Source of the DNA: Octopus vulgaris
Taxonomy: Eukaryota
NCBI GenBank assembly: GCA_951406725.2
Contig: OX597827.1
Span: 53,320,001-53,384,000 of the forward strand
Direction: 5' to 3'
DNA length: 64,000 nt
Each line of letters starts with the position of its first letter. The first letter of the stretch is position 1. The notes below the pieces were generated by a model. The model did no database searches and had not been told where the DNA came from. It was given only the letters and a program-made list of their open reading frames with translations. This document shows positions 42,898 through 55,541 of this stretch, piece after piece. The position numbers and the translations under genes are program-made.

Positions 42898-43256
42898 ATA
42901 AAACTTGTCTAATTCTTGATATGCCACTGAAGAACAATTGTGTTGAACTCTCTCATAAATATTGGGTGAATAATCTTAACGTTACGTTTTCTGATGGTGC
43001 TGCTCAATTTACTACTGGTTCTGGCCTGGTGATTCCAGCTTTGATAAACAACGATTTAGGTGAGAATGTTGAAATTAGTATGAACTTTTATATTAAAAGT
43101 TCTCCCAAAGATTCGTACACCATTGTGACTAACGGAAATTGCGATCGTAAGCCTTCACTCAGTATTGGAGTCGAAAATGCAAACACCTTCCCAACAGTTT
43201 TTGGCTTTATGAAATTAGAAGGAAATGTGTCCCCAGTACAGATAAGGACAAGAGTG
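42898..43256 (+). CDS. Pif-like protein exon D (laminin-G/ConA-like domain, N-part)
   Basis: ttctag / gtaagt, phase 1/0; CLILDMPL..WVNNLNVTF..GAAQF..LVIPAL..IVTNGNCD..PSLSI. Confidence 0.88.
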
Positions 43257-44063
43257 GTAAGTGAAAGAAGATATATTGTTTTAAAAATATATTTTTTATT
43301 TAAGTAGTCTGAAATTGAATAGTAAAACGTAACTGATACAAAGCGTGATGATGTATATCTCTAATGGTAACAAATGTCCATAAATCAAAGAATTAACTAA
43401 TGCTTATTTCCCGCAAGTATATTTCAGTAAATGGCTTTAATTTCTACAGTCAAATGTATTATCCATTAATCGGGGACTAATCTTATTGACTTAAGGATCG
43501 TATCATTCCAAGCAAACCGATGATAATATTTGTGATCGGAAGTGAATCTGTTTCAACATATTGTGTTTCTGATGTCTACAACGGTTAACCGTAGAATATT
43601 AACCCCCTTATTGGGGTTAATTTTCAATAACACAATGTACTTTTGCTTAAAATTTCAACTGATTAAACATCCTTTTCGGTTCACCACTTTAAGTATAGTA
43701 ACCTGCACTTAATTATATGACATATTTGTTCACCATAACATCGACAGTTACACGTTTTAACATAATATAAATTGTCAGTGATAAGAAATACAGATCTTAG
43801 AATATCATCGATATGAAGCGAGCGCTACGAATAGAGAAGTAAGCTTGGCATTAACCGGGTTTTTGTTTCCTTCAATTTACTTCCGGTTAAAATATATGTA
43901 CGTCCCAACACACCATTTTTCTACTCTTTTAAGCTTGAAGAAAAATAAATATTAATTCTGTTTTCCTATTCATAGACTAGGGAGACAAAATTAGTATTCA
44001 TCGTTATATTGCCAATAGAAACCATAGGTAAGAATTAAAATAATAATATTTAATTTATCATAG

Positions 44064-44160
44064 GCATTAAACCAATGGTATAGCATCAGATTTGGAAAGT
44101 CAAGCGATAAAGTGCGAATGTACTTGAATAACAATCTTCAAAAAGAAATAAAAATTGAGG
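44064..44160 (+). CDS. Pif-like protein exon E (LamG)
   Basis: atcatag / gtaagt, phase 0/1; ALNQWYSIRFGKSSDKVRMYLNNNLQKEIKIE. Confidence 0.85.
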
Positions 44161-44326
44161 GTAAGTGAAATTATAAAATCAGAATTTAATAAAAATATAA
44201 AATAAATAACAAGTTTAAAATATTTTCAGATCAACCAGATCCCTTAACTTTTGTGTCGTGTATTTCAGTAAATCAATACTAATTCAATAGAACATATTCA
44301 TAAAACATGTAAGATTAATTCATTGT

Positions 44327-44455
44327 ACATTATTTACATTTGACGGATATTTGTCCTCATCTTCTTTGTTGTTGCCACCACATTTCGGCTGATATACCCT
44401 CCAGCCTTCATCAGGTGTCTTGGGGAAATTTCGAACCTGGGTTCTCATTCCTAAG

Positions 44456-44521
<66 letters not shown>

Positions 44522-44836
44522 TCACTACCTGGAATCGACCTCGGAATCTTGGGGTTAGTAGCCCGCGCACTTAAACACTACGCCATATGCCCGTGGGCAT
44601 ATGGCATAGTGGTTAAAAGCGCGGGCAGTGACCTGAATAATAATAATAATAATAATAATAACATCAAAAAATACCTTAGGAATGAGAACCCATGTTCAAA
44701 ATCTCCCCAAGACACCTGATGAAGGCTGGAGAGTATATCAGCCGAAACGTTGTGTTAACAACAAAGAAGATGAGGACAAATATCCGTCTAATGTAAATAA
44801 TGGACATAACTCCTCATCTCTTAAATATAGAACTGT
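44327..44836. mobile_element. Head-to-head inverted dimer of hammerhead SINE family H with 13-bp TSD
   Basis: Minus copy 44327-44592, plus copy 44595-44836; attaattcattgt at 44314-44326 and 44837-44849. Confidence 0.85.
44711..44756 (+). ncRNA. Minimal type-I hammerhead ribozyme with palindromic stem III
   Basis: gacac-CTGATGA-a-ggctg..cagcc-GAAAC-GTT-gtgtt; stem I gacac/gtgtt, stem II ggctg/cagcc, AACGTT palindrome. Confidence 0.78.
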
Positions 44837-45676
44837 ATTAATTCATTGTGCCTGATACTTATGTTTTATCGTATTGTTACCTTTCTCTCTCATTACTATG
44901 AGAAATATATCGATACCAATACTACTAGATGTACACTTTATGAAATTAATCAATTATATCCCCTAAATTAAAAGCCAAATATCTAAGTGAATAAAGCATT
45001 ATATAGTAACTGGGTTCATATATGATGCAGGCACGTCTTTGTATTTGAATAGGAGATTTATTTTTACCGGACTCTGTTGTTGTTGGACACGCCGAAGAGG
45101 AGGTTTAACTTACATTCACTTACCATCATGAAGCCGAATATACAGTTGCCGAAAAAGACATATATACTTTTAAAAATATAGACTTTCTATTGTATATATT
45201 TGTGGGTCAAATCTTTTATATTTTGTAATCTCCAAATAGTTTGTGCCTGGTTTTCGATTGGCGATATTATTTATACATTTAGAAATAGTGTAATTCTCCA
45301 TCAATCTTTTAGACCTTGTTGTACTACTAACCTCTTATTAGTGCAATCAGTGGGAAGACAAGAACAAAACCGTATCTAGACATATACATATTGAAAAAAG
45401 ACTTTATAACGAGTAGCAATTAAGCGTATTTTCTATGGCGTCTTTAGACAAGACATTTAATTCTAAGCTAAGTTCACATAGATATACAAAATCGATATAG
45501 AAAATAAGTTTCTAGTAAGGGAATATTATCTGTCATAGACGGTTGTTACTTTTAAGGATTGGTTTATCGCTCTTCTCTTTGGTGACAAGAAGCTAGAGAT
45601 AAGCTCTAGATGTTTGGACCTATCTTGGATATCGTAGAAGGATTTAGAGATATTACAATTTTGCTTTAATTTTCAG

Positions 45677-45756
45677 GTGCTATCGAAGTAGTTGACAGTG
45701 CATTGAGTATTGGAAAACCTTGTGCTCAAAACGTTTTCGTTGGTTCAGTAAACGAG
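45677..45756 (+). CDS. Pif-like protein exon F (LamG)
   Basis: tttcag / gtgagt, phase 1/0; GAIEVVDSALSIGKPCAQNVFVGSVNE. Confidence 0.85.
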
Positions 45757-46268
45757 GTGAGTTACATTTTTCTTACACAATGTCATAGATTGGAAATGGA
45801 TTCATAATGCAGTAATTTATGTCACATATTTGTAGTATTGTGTGTCTTACAAAATTCTCATACAACAGACAATACCATACATTCACAATATAGTGTTCAA
45901 TATTCTGACTCATACGATACAGATTTTAAGAATGCACATCCGTTTCATGAATACATCCGCTATAGTATCAGAGGAACTACAACAAATCTACAATAATTTA
46001 ATCTACGACCATAGAATCTAATTTACTATTATAAAACTTATTCTACGTCTATATGATCAAATTACAATATTACCTTATATACAACTACATAATTTACCTA
46101 CCAATGTACAGTGTATCATAGTATTTTACATTTTAACCTACAATAATACGATGTAATATATAGATACATTATGTTATATATCGCTTTTCAATCTAATAAA
46201 TTAATACTGCATAACAAATAAGAAAATAAATGAAATTATAAAATTCTGTCTTTTTGCTCTTTCAACAG

Positions 46269-46298
46269 TTCAAGCTCACCAAATGCCCATCATGGTAA
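46269..46298 (+). CDS. Pif-like protein terminal exon G
   Basis: Polypyrimidine tract plus caacag acceptor, phase 0; FKLTKCPSW-stop. Confidence 0.8.
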   Translation, partial: FKLTKCPSW

Positions 46299-46360
46299 AC
46301 AGACTGTAACTATTCACGTTCAATGAAAACAACTCATCGAAAGAGAATTTGATGTTTAAA

Positions 46361-46397
46361 AATAAATTTATAACTGTCCCTTTTTTAACTGAATAAA
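46361..46397 (+). promoter_or_regulatory. Candidate polyadenylation signals
   Basis: AATAAA at 46361 and 46392, 60-100 nt after the stop codon. Confidence 0.5.
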
Positions 46398-46776
46398 TAC
46401 ATGAATCAACTACTAAAGTTGGCATTAACAATTGCTAAATTGATTTGTTGGCGTTATCTTTCTTGTTATATCTTTTTGGCTTCAGCGCATAACATTAAAA
46501 AAGTAACTTTAGTATTACCCTGCTTGTACGTATTTACATCAATCAGAGAAAAACAAAAGGCAAAGGAAATTTCGGTAGCGTGCAATATATATTTTGTGAC
46601 TTAGTCAAGCTGTGACTGCGAAGTAAACTTCTTTAGCCGCTTAACTATGCGTACATTATCTGGCAAAAACTGACAGGAGAAAAGCGCAGGCACCTAGTTA
46701 TCGTAACACAGTAACATTAATGATGAATTTTATTTTGCTTGCAGCAGATAAATTAAAAAAAAAACTTTTTGTAGTC

Positions 46777-46941
46777 AGGAGTGGCTGTGTGGTAAGTAGC
46801 TTGCTAACCAACCACATGGTTCCAGGTTCAGTCCCACTGCGTGGCATATTGGGCAAGTGTCTTCTGCTATAGCCCTGGGCCGACCAATGCCTTGTGAGTG
46901 GATTTGGTAGACGGAAACTGAAAGAAGCCTGTCGTATATAT

Positions 46942-46977
<36 letters not shown>

Positions 46978-47205
46978 ATGTGTTTGTGTGTCTGTGTTTG
47001 TGTGTCTGTGTTTGTCTCCCTAGCATTGCTTGACAACCGATGCTGGTGTGTTTACGTCCCCGTCACTTAGCGGTTCGGCAAAAGAGACCGATAGAATAAG
47101 TACTGGGCTTACAAAGAATAAGTCCCGGGGTCGATTTGCTCGACTAAAAGCGGTGCTCCAGCATGGCCGCAGTCAAATGACTGAAACAAGTAAAAGAGAG
47201 AGAGA
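46777..47205 (+). mobile_element. SINE family A, full-length, young
   Basis: Nearly identical to the reverse complement of 31063-31469. Confidence 0.88.
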
Positions 47206-47701
47206 GAGTATCTATGTTTGCACGTGCATCTTCATCAATATCTCATATGTGAGATTTATTATAATAAAGCCTGTAAACCGATCAATGATGAATTACTTTC
47301 TGATTTTTAAGGGATTAAAGACCAAAACATTGACTTCTCAGATTGTGGATGCCTGTTATTTTGTACTAGCTGACCCCGTACCGTAAAAAATGACGGCTAG
47401 TTGTAGTATTTTATATATAAAATAGGTACAAAAAGGGGAAAAAAATCAAACAGTGATTCAACTGTGTCTGTGCGTGTGTGTATGTGTGCATGTGTATACA
47501 TCTATATGTGTGAGTAGCACAATCTGTAGCGAACGCGGTTTACTATACTTTGTCACAACCCACTTCCTTCCTTTTTAAGTGTGTCTGTTTATATATCATA
47601 TATGTATGTGTAAAAGCGCGAGAGTCTATGATTCTATTTTCTATATATGTTTCTAAATAAACATACACAAACACATATACACTCACTCAAATATATAAAC
47701 A

Positions 47702-47775
<74 letters not shown>

Positions 47776-48087
47776 ACACAAACATTCACATTTCTTTCTT
47801 TTACACGCACACACATATACTCACACAGAGTTGAAGCACTGTTTGATTTTTGTTTCAACGTTGAATTTTACCATCTCACTTCCATCAGTGGATCACCCCT
47901 TCCTTTCTCATTCATATGTTGTGCCGGAGAAATACACAAGAGTATTATTACAGTAGAAGATAGACGACCGTCTCTTTGCTACATCCTGTCTCTCATTGCT
48001 ATTAATTTCTCTCACTCCTTCTCAGTCACTCCCTCTCACCACTTCTTCTTCACTGAATTAGTAATTACTCCTACACCGTGGTTTTGG

Positions 48088-48124
<37 letters not shown>

Positions 48125-48181
48125 ACTACGCTCATTATTATATTAGATGCCTGTGAAATCACCATGGGAGAACACCAGATA

Positions 48182-49451
48182 CGAGGGGCGTTCAATAAGT
48201 AATGTCCCTGACCCACTTCCCATAGCAGTAGAGCAACGACACTTGGCACATTTATTAGTCTTTTCCTACATAGGAACTACCCAGAGTTATGCATTTCTCC
48301 CATCGTTTGATACAGCTGTGGAGACCGTTTTTATAGAAGACCCCAGCTTGGTCCTCCAACCACGACGTGACTTCAGAAATCAAGGCTGCATCATCTGGGA
48401 AACGCTTTCCTTTCAAAATCAACTTCATGGCTCGGAAGAGGTGAAAATCAGAGGGTGCAAGGGGAGGAGTTCATAGCTGCACGCCTGTGCTTCTGATCTG
48501 GCGACACGCGAGTTGTGGACCGGAGCGTTGTCCTGCAGGAGGAGGATGCCTTTGCTGATCTTGCCCCGCCTCTTGATTTTGATAGCTTCTCTTAATTTCC
48601 TCAAAAGTGAAGCATAATAGGCTTCTGTAATTGTGGTACCCTTTGCCAGGAAATCTGTCATCACTGCTCCGTCCTGGTCCCAGAAGACTGTGAGCATAAC
48701 CTTGTCAGCGGAGGGCTGCACCCTTGCCTTCTTTGGAGGAGGTGAGTCACGGTGCTTTCACTGCATTGACTGGGCTTTGGCCTATGGATCATAGTGATGG
48801 ACCCAAGTTTTATCCTGTGTGATCAGTCTTTTGAAAAATTTTGACTCATCCTCTTGGCACATCTCCAAATTCATCCTCGAGCACTCAACGCGTTCTTGCT
48901 TCTGGAAAGGTGTGAGCAACCTGGAAATCCATCTGGCAGACACCTTTTGCATATGCAAATGGTCATGAATGATAGTTTCCACAGACCCGGTACTAATCTT
49001 GACTTTATGGGCTATTTGGCGAATAGTTATGCGTTGACCTTCCAAAATGGCAGCCTCAACTTGACGGACAGACGTCTCATCAACGGCAGAAGGGGGCGAC
49101 CAGATCTGGGAGCTGTTTCCACAGAGTTCCGATTATGTTTGAATTCACAATGCCAGCGTTTTACAAGGTCATATGATGGGGCATCATCACCATAAGTTAC
49201 TTTCATTTCATCAAAAGTCTCCCGTGGTGTGCGTCCTTTCAAATACAAAAACCAGATCACTGCTCGACACTCAACAGGCTCCATTTCACACTTGACTCAG
49301 TTCAAATACCTGTAAATCAGAAACCACAATTAGTTCAGAGCTGTAATTCGCCACTTAATCTATAGAGGTATAAATAAGTGCACATGCAAAATTTCAGCTA
49401 GATCAAACAACTGCAAGTGGGTCAGAGGCATTACTTATTGAACGCCCCTCG
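48182..49451 (-). mobile_element. Near full-length mariner (DD34D) with frameshifted transposase
   Basis: TA-flanked TIRs cgaggggcgttcaataagtaatg / cattacttattgaacgcccctcg; MEPVECRAVIWFL, ITQDKTWVHHYDP, KVMLTVFWD, LLQDNAPVH, LAPSDFHLF; the YSPD segment is deleted. Confidence 0.92.
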
Positions 49452-49989
49452 TATTATGAAATATTGTACATGTGATGAGTTTGTTATATTTCTAAGTACA
49501 GCAAGTGTGGTGTATAACTTGATATGTCATACGCCACACTAATCTTGATACCTGCAGCTACGATTACACTTTGTGTTAAAGGAGAATAGTTTGTTGTGTA
49601 ACCACTGAATCTTACCGTATAAGGATTCAGTGCAACTTTGACGTGAGACGTCCGGATGAATTGTGGATAACATTAGTATGTAGAGAGGAGTGATATTTTC
49701 TGCAGAAGTGTGTTAATAAAAGCAGTTTTAAAGAACGTGAGTGAGGCGAAATAAGTCCATGCGGTGAATAAAAATTAGTATTGAGTTGGAGATTTTTCAG
49801 TGGATGTTACAAAGCAGTAGACCAACATAAACATGCGATCCAAGAAATTGAAGACTCAAAGAGATTTTAAGCAGGTAGCTAAGCTTGACAGTCAAAATCA
49901 ACATAACTTTGGCTGAACTTCAAAGGGACAAGAGAATAAAATAAGAAAAGCAAATATTCAATAGATATCATTATATGTAAGATGTATTA

Positions 49990-52896
49990 GTGGCTACTGA
50001 GAAAGGAAATAGCTTTGAGCTAGCAGATCCTTATAGGTTGGAATTTCCGAACGCTCCATTGTGGACATGGTCAAACAGCGACGGATCTTCCAGGTCATAT
50101 ATAGATAGGATACTAATTAGAAAAGTAGACAGAAAAATAGCTAAGTGTCCACAGTTTTACCTGGTCAGCTACAGTGATCATAAAATGGTCACCTGTAATC
50201 TTGACATAGATAAGGTTAAAAATAGAGGCTCCGGTTACTGGAAACTTAATACGTCCCTTTTGGTGATTAAGGAGTACAGAGACCGGATTAGGACTATAAT
50301 TCAGAGGGCGCTATCTGGTGCCATCATTAATAACAAATGGTGGTATGCCCTCAAGCGAGCCATCAAATTCGAGTCTATTAGATATAGCATAGGATTAGTG
50401 GCTAGAGAGGCTAGGGGGGAATCTACTCTAGTTAAGGAATTAGAGGAAGCCTTGAAAACTGGCTCTGCGGTTCAGGTGACGGCCAAGAGACTGGCGTTAA
50501 ACCAGCACCTCGAGGCCAAACACATGGGCTGCATTGTCAGGGCTAGGATCCGCGCAATGGGTTGTGAAGGAATCAACGCCGTGAGATGGGCCCGAGTGGT
50601 GGAAGCTCAGCGTAGTAACGACGCCACGATTCGATCTATGACAAACCAACAAGGTGAGTTGATAAACGAGCCCGAGGAGATGTGTGAGGCCTTTCAGGAG
50701 CACTTCGCTCAGCTTTTCGGTGAGTGCGGCGGACTGGATAGGAGGAGGGCCTTTACGGACCTCCTCGACGGGCTGCTGCGCTTATCGGGGCGAGATGCGG
50801 AGGGCTGTGAAGGGCCAATCACGCCTGGGGAGGTGGTTGAGGCGATGGCGGACTGCGGCGCGGGCAAGGCGCCGGGTTTAGATGGTCTACCCTATGAGTT
50901 ATATAAGAGTATGCCAGACTTGTTCGGGCACCTACTGGCGGAGGTCTATACGAACTGGCAGCAGAACGGGTTCATACCCAGATCTGTGCGCCGGGGAGTA
51001 GTGACACTCGTCAGAAAGGACCCGAGCAAGGGGGAGTGCATTGATAATTTCAGGCCCATCACTCTGCTAAGCACAGAGTTGAAGATTTTGGCCAAAGTGT
51101 TATCGAAAAGATTGGCGCGTGTCGCGGATGGTCTGATCGGGGAGGCACAGACATGTGCCGTTCCCGGCAGAACCATTCAGGATAATCTCCATCTTATGCG
51201 GTACACTATAGAGAGGTTTAATAGTGATTCTGGCAAGGGTGGGGCACTGGTCCATTTAGACCAATCTAAAGCATTGGATAGGGTCGACCATCGCTACCTG
51301 GTATCTGCCCTGGCACAGTTCGGGCTGGGCCTTGGCTTCCTCAGGTGGATTATCCAAATTTACGACAACATCGACTCGGTAGTTCGGGTGAACGGCTTCT
51401 TGTCGAAGCCGTTCGACATCAAGCGCTCGGTTCGTCAAGGGTGTCCGCTCTCCCCGCTTCTGTACGTGATGGCTCTTGAGCCATTACTGCGAAAACTGAG
51501 CGGCATCCCGAGACAGCCAGGTAGTGGAAAATCGGTGTCAGCGTACGCGGATGACAACACCACCATCGTAACCGAAATGGATCACCTACGTAAAGTAGAC
51601 AAGGCCATAGAGGTTTACGAGACGGTGACAGGAGCAAAAGTTAATCGCGAAAAGTCAGTCGGCTTGCAACTCGGCACCTGGAGAGGCAAGTCGATGCCTC
51701 CTGACAGCGTCGTGGGACGTTGGACGGAGGGTCCGATTAAGTTGCTAGGGGTTTGGTTCGGTCCAGACCTCCAAATAGAGAAGAATTGGGGCGAGGTATC
51801 GAGCAGGGTGGCTGCAGTAACCAAGATCTGGTCTTGGCGGTGGCTATTCCTGAAAGGGAGGGCGGAGGTAGCCAATGTGTTTATCGCATCGGTTATCACC
51901 TACCGCCTTTCCGTCGTTCCTTGCCCTGATTCGTAGTTGATCAAGTTGGAAAGACAGCTCTTCTACTTCTTGTGGAAGGGCGGGAAACCACTTGTGAAAC
52001 GCTCTACTTGCTGTCAACAACCGTTAAAGGGTGGGCTAGGGATGCCTTGGCTGATGATGCGCAGACATGCGCTGAGGTTAAGACATCTGTGGCTCTACCT
52101 GGATGGTGAACAGGTGTGGTCTCCGCTAGCAAAACTGATGTTTCCCAAGTTCACTAGTTTCGGTGGATGGGAAACCTGGCTGAATCGTAGATCGAAACTG
52201 GGCACATGGTACACGGAGTGTCGCAAGGCTCTCCTGCTATTCCGTCGCTCGGGCAACGCCTGCGGTGGGGGTTCCACCACATTCTTCTATAGAGGGTTGG
52301 TAGAGGCGGAATGGGAAGATACCTTGGGGGAAACCCTAGGTCTCGACGATAATCAGCTGGCCAGTCTGTTCCGATGTACGTTCGAGCCGAAGACACTGGA
52401 CAACTTCCAGATGTCTCTGGCATGGCAATGCTACAGAGGAGCTCTACCTGTTCGGGATAAACTCGCAAGGCACGGTGGCCAAGACAGTCCTATATGTCCA
52501 AGATGCGAGCGGGATAGGGAAACCGTCCCGCACGCTATTGTTCATTGTTCGGTCGTGTCTGAGGTGTGGGTTTATGCCGAACAGTTGTTGTCAAGCACAC
52601 GAAGAGTACAGCTATCGACTGAGTCTATTACAAAAATTGACCCACCAGATTTCCTCGCGAAAGAAGGTAAAAATTGTTTTCTCGTTGTAGTAGCAATTGC
52701 GAAAGAGGTGATATGGAAGACGAGAATGAAAGGTTTACGGTCAGGCAAGTTCATCTCCGGCCCTGGTTTGATGAATTACTTCATCTTTCACCTGAAAAGG
52801 AAGATAGGGCTGGAGAGAAAATGCCTGACTAAGAGAGTGTATGAAGAACGATGGAAAGATGTAGCACGAAAGTTGCGAGTGGATGATACCACATAA
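49990..52896 (+). pseudogene. Tx1-type ORF2 (endonuclease C-part, RT, zf-RVT) with a single in-frame TAG at 51934-51936
   Basis: SYIDRI, SDHKMV, GYWKLN, KAPGLDGLP, NFRPITLL, LDQSKALDRV, VRQGCPLSP, AYADD, GGLG, CPRC..ETVPHAIVHC; the two ORFs are in the same frame. Confidence 0.9.
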
Positions 52897-53135
52897 ATGT
52901 AAAACTAGACGAAACCAAAGTATCAGTGGGGAGGCGGGGCTCGTGGGGTCCGAGCTAAACCCGCTCCCACTCCATCCGTAATGTCTTCTGGTCTGTTCCT
53001 CATTCGATTTTTGATATTTTTGTAATTTTTGTAAATTTTTAAATTCGCCTTTTTTGTAAACCCATTCGTTAATATGACCCCACATCAGGTTGTATTGTCC
53101 CCTCTATGTTTGCCCCTTGTGGGTAATAATAAAAC
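50015..53135 (+). mobile_element. 5'-truncated Tx1/L1-clade LINE (ORF2 plus 3' UTR)
   Basis: APE C-terminus, RT, zinc-finger region, then 3' UTR ending aataataaaa. Confidence 0.9.
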
Positions 53136-53199
53136 AATTTATTTATTTATTTTCTCTTTATAAATATTTCTATTTCATCATAACTAATTTTAATTTTTG

Positions 53200-54753
53200 G
53201 TTGATCCTGTATCAGTTATTATCTGGTTATTATTGTGTATCGGTGAGTGTCTATAGTGACTTTTGTTATTGTTGAACTGTTACATTCGTTTTGTTGAAAA
53301 ACTGTGATAACTGCGTGTGGCAGTCCTTTTTGTTACAATTTCCCCTTGTTTGAAGTGGGAATTATTGTTTTTCTGTGGGGCGTTAGTCTAAAGGCATTTT
53401 TATTCCGTGGGGCATATTTTCCCATTAATTTATTTTCCGAGGGGCGTTAGCTCAAATCTTGTATTTAAACAATGTTTGACTCAATTGAGTCGGAAAAAAA
53501 ACTGTCAGGACCAATAATTGGATATGCCAATCTTATCGTCACCTATGGCACCAGTGCAGCCTCCAGCTACACCAAAAGCCAATTTTGCTGATGCTGCAAA
53601 AACCTAAACAAGAAACCTCAACACTGAGTTGAGTGAAATAAGCAAATTTAAAGGGATATTGAAAAACGAGGGGATGGAAGTCCAAACAACCCTCCAATTG
53701 AAATTACGCACTTAACAAACAGGACAAACATAATTTTCAAAACATATATTGTAAAAGAAGAAAAACAAGACGCGGCGTCTATAGAAGCGGTAGAGAGGTG
53801 TCTCTGACCAATCTGGTTGGACATCATCTGCATAACACGTGTTAAGAAGTTTGCTGCCATCGAGGTGAGATTCACAAACGAAGAGAATGCCAGGCAGCAT
53901 TCTACGAAGACTTTAAGGACGTCAAAAGTAAAGATAAATGAAATACCACCAGAAGTAGATGCTGCCTGGCTAGTGGCAGCAGCAGTTGTGGCTTGGAGGA
54001 CAAAATGTCGATCCTCCAAGCAACAGCAACCGAAAAGCAAAATTGGCAGGGGTAAGGACTCGAAATGTTAATCCAAGCAGCCCCTGCTGATTTAGACGAA
54101 ATTCCAGGAGTGATCCAGGTGAGAGACACAATGCTAATAGCGATGGTAGAGGGGAGGAAGCCTCGCTGTTTGAAATGTGGCAAGAAAGGCTACATAAGGA
54201 CAGAATGCGGCTCTACCCCCAGAAAAAATGGTAGCTCCCCACCATCAGAAGAGGAAAAAACAACAACACCAACTACAACGGAGGAAATGACGAAAAAGGA
54301 AAAGTCTCCCACGAAGGAAATAGACAGAGATAGCGACGAAGTAAAAGGTGAGAGGTGGAGCACAAAATGTGGGAAAAGAAGAAACCCACAACCCACATAT
54401 GCAAGCACCTCATCACATGCACACAAAAAGAAAAAATCTACAACAGTACCAGAAAAAAAAAAGGAAGACAGAAACGTAATGGCAGTCAAAGAAAGTAACT
54501 CAAGGCGGCAGCTTGATTAGATGTGGTACAAACAGCAAAAGCTGTGGACTGTTATAAAGGACCAAAAGGGATAAATATATTTGCCACAGACATGAAAAAC
54601 TATCAGATTTTGAAATCTGAATTCCATCATAACATAGGCCCTCTTCGAAAAGACGTTTCCCCCAAAATTTTTGAGGGCCTATCAAATACCATCCCACAAT
54701 CCAGCGCAGACGAATTGAGAGATGGCCATAACAGGCCATCTCGCACCATATAA
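53200..54753 (+). mobile_element. Decayed ORF1 (gag-like CCHC) of a Tx1-like element
   Basis: VEGRKPRCLKCGKKGYIRTEC knuckle and KVKINEIPPEVD, related to the other ORF1 copies; multiple frameshifts. Confidence 0.7.
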
Positions 54754-55268
54754 ACAGTAAATCTTTTATGAGTATTCATGTTGGACGTATATTGAACTCT
54801 ACTATTTTCCTCTAGTTAACTCTCTCATATCGTCTCTGAAGGGATATCCCTAATATCCCAGAAACAGCTGTAAAACTACCTTCCTCTTTATAAATGTCCT
54901 ATAAATTCCACATTGTCTTGGCTTTGTTGTCATTATATTTAACATATACATGCTCGCACAAGACCTGCATTAGACTCCTCACTCGTTTTATTATTATCGA
55001 ACCGAGAGTCAAACTACGGTCCTCCAGTAGCACTTACATAGCCTTACCTGCCATCTTGGGTCTTCTGGATACCAATACTTTTCATATATATATATCGCTA
55101 AATCCACAAGTTTTTTATACTCTCTCTATTTTATAGAAATCAGGATAAAATCATGTTAATGATAATATCAAGTGGCCAGCATGAAATAAAACCTTGTGGG
55201 TAAATTTTGTACTAAAATTAATAACTATATATGTATATTATATAATTATATCAAAGGGATCAGGAAAT

Positions 55269-55460
55269 AACCTGCTCCAACATGCTACAAGAAGACGCCA
55301 ATAGGCACTATAAGCCACTGTTAACTCTTACAAAAACACTGGTTGTAAGCGAGTAAATGAAAAGCACAGCATAAAACTCCACAGTAGCAATGTTTTTGTT
55401 GGAGTTAACAGTGGCTTATAGCGTCATTTGGTGTTTTTTTATAGTATGTTGGAGCTGGTT
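55269..55460. repeat. ~70-bp imperfect inverted repeat
   Basis: ctataagccactgttaactc / gagttaacagtggcttatag and gctccaacat / atgttggagc. Confidence 0.7.
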
Positions 55461-55541
55461 AATTTCAAACCAAACTAAGTAATATCGACGTCAAATTTGG
55501 GCAAAATCCGTTGAAATTGGTTATATTATATATATATTATA

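Noticed and set aside
47365-47400. CTAG plus hairpin, a possible end of a large minus-strand Helitron whose other end lies near 57550
   Set aside because: The two ends cannot be linked without a consensus sequence
51934-51936. Stop-codon readthrough in the Tx1 ORF2
   Set aside because: A single point mutation in a 5'-truncated dead copy explains it
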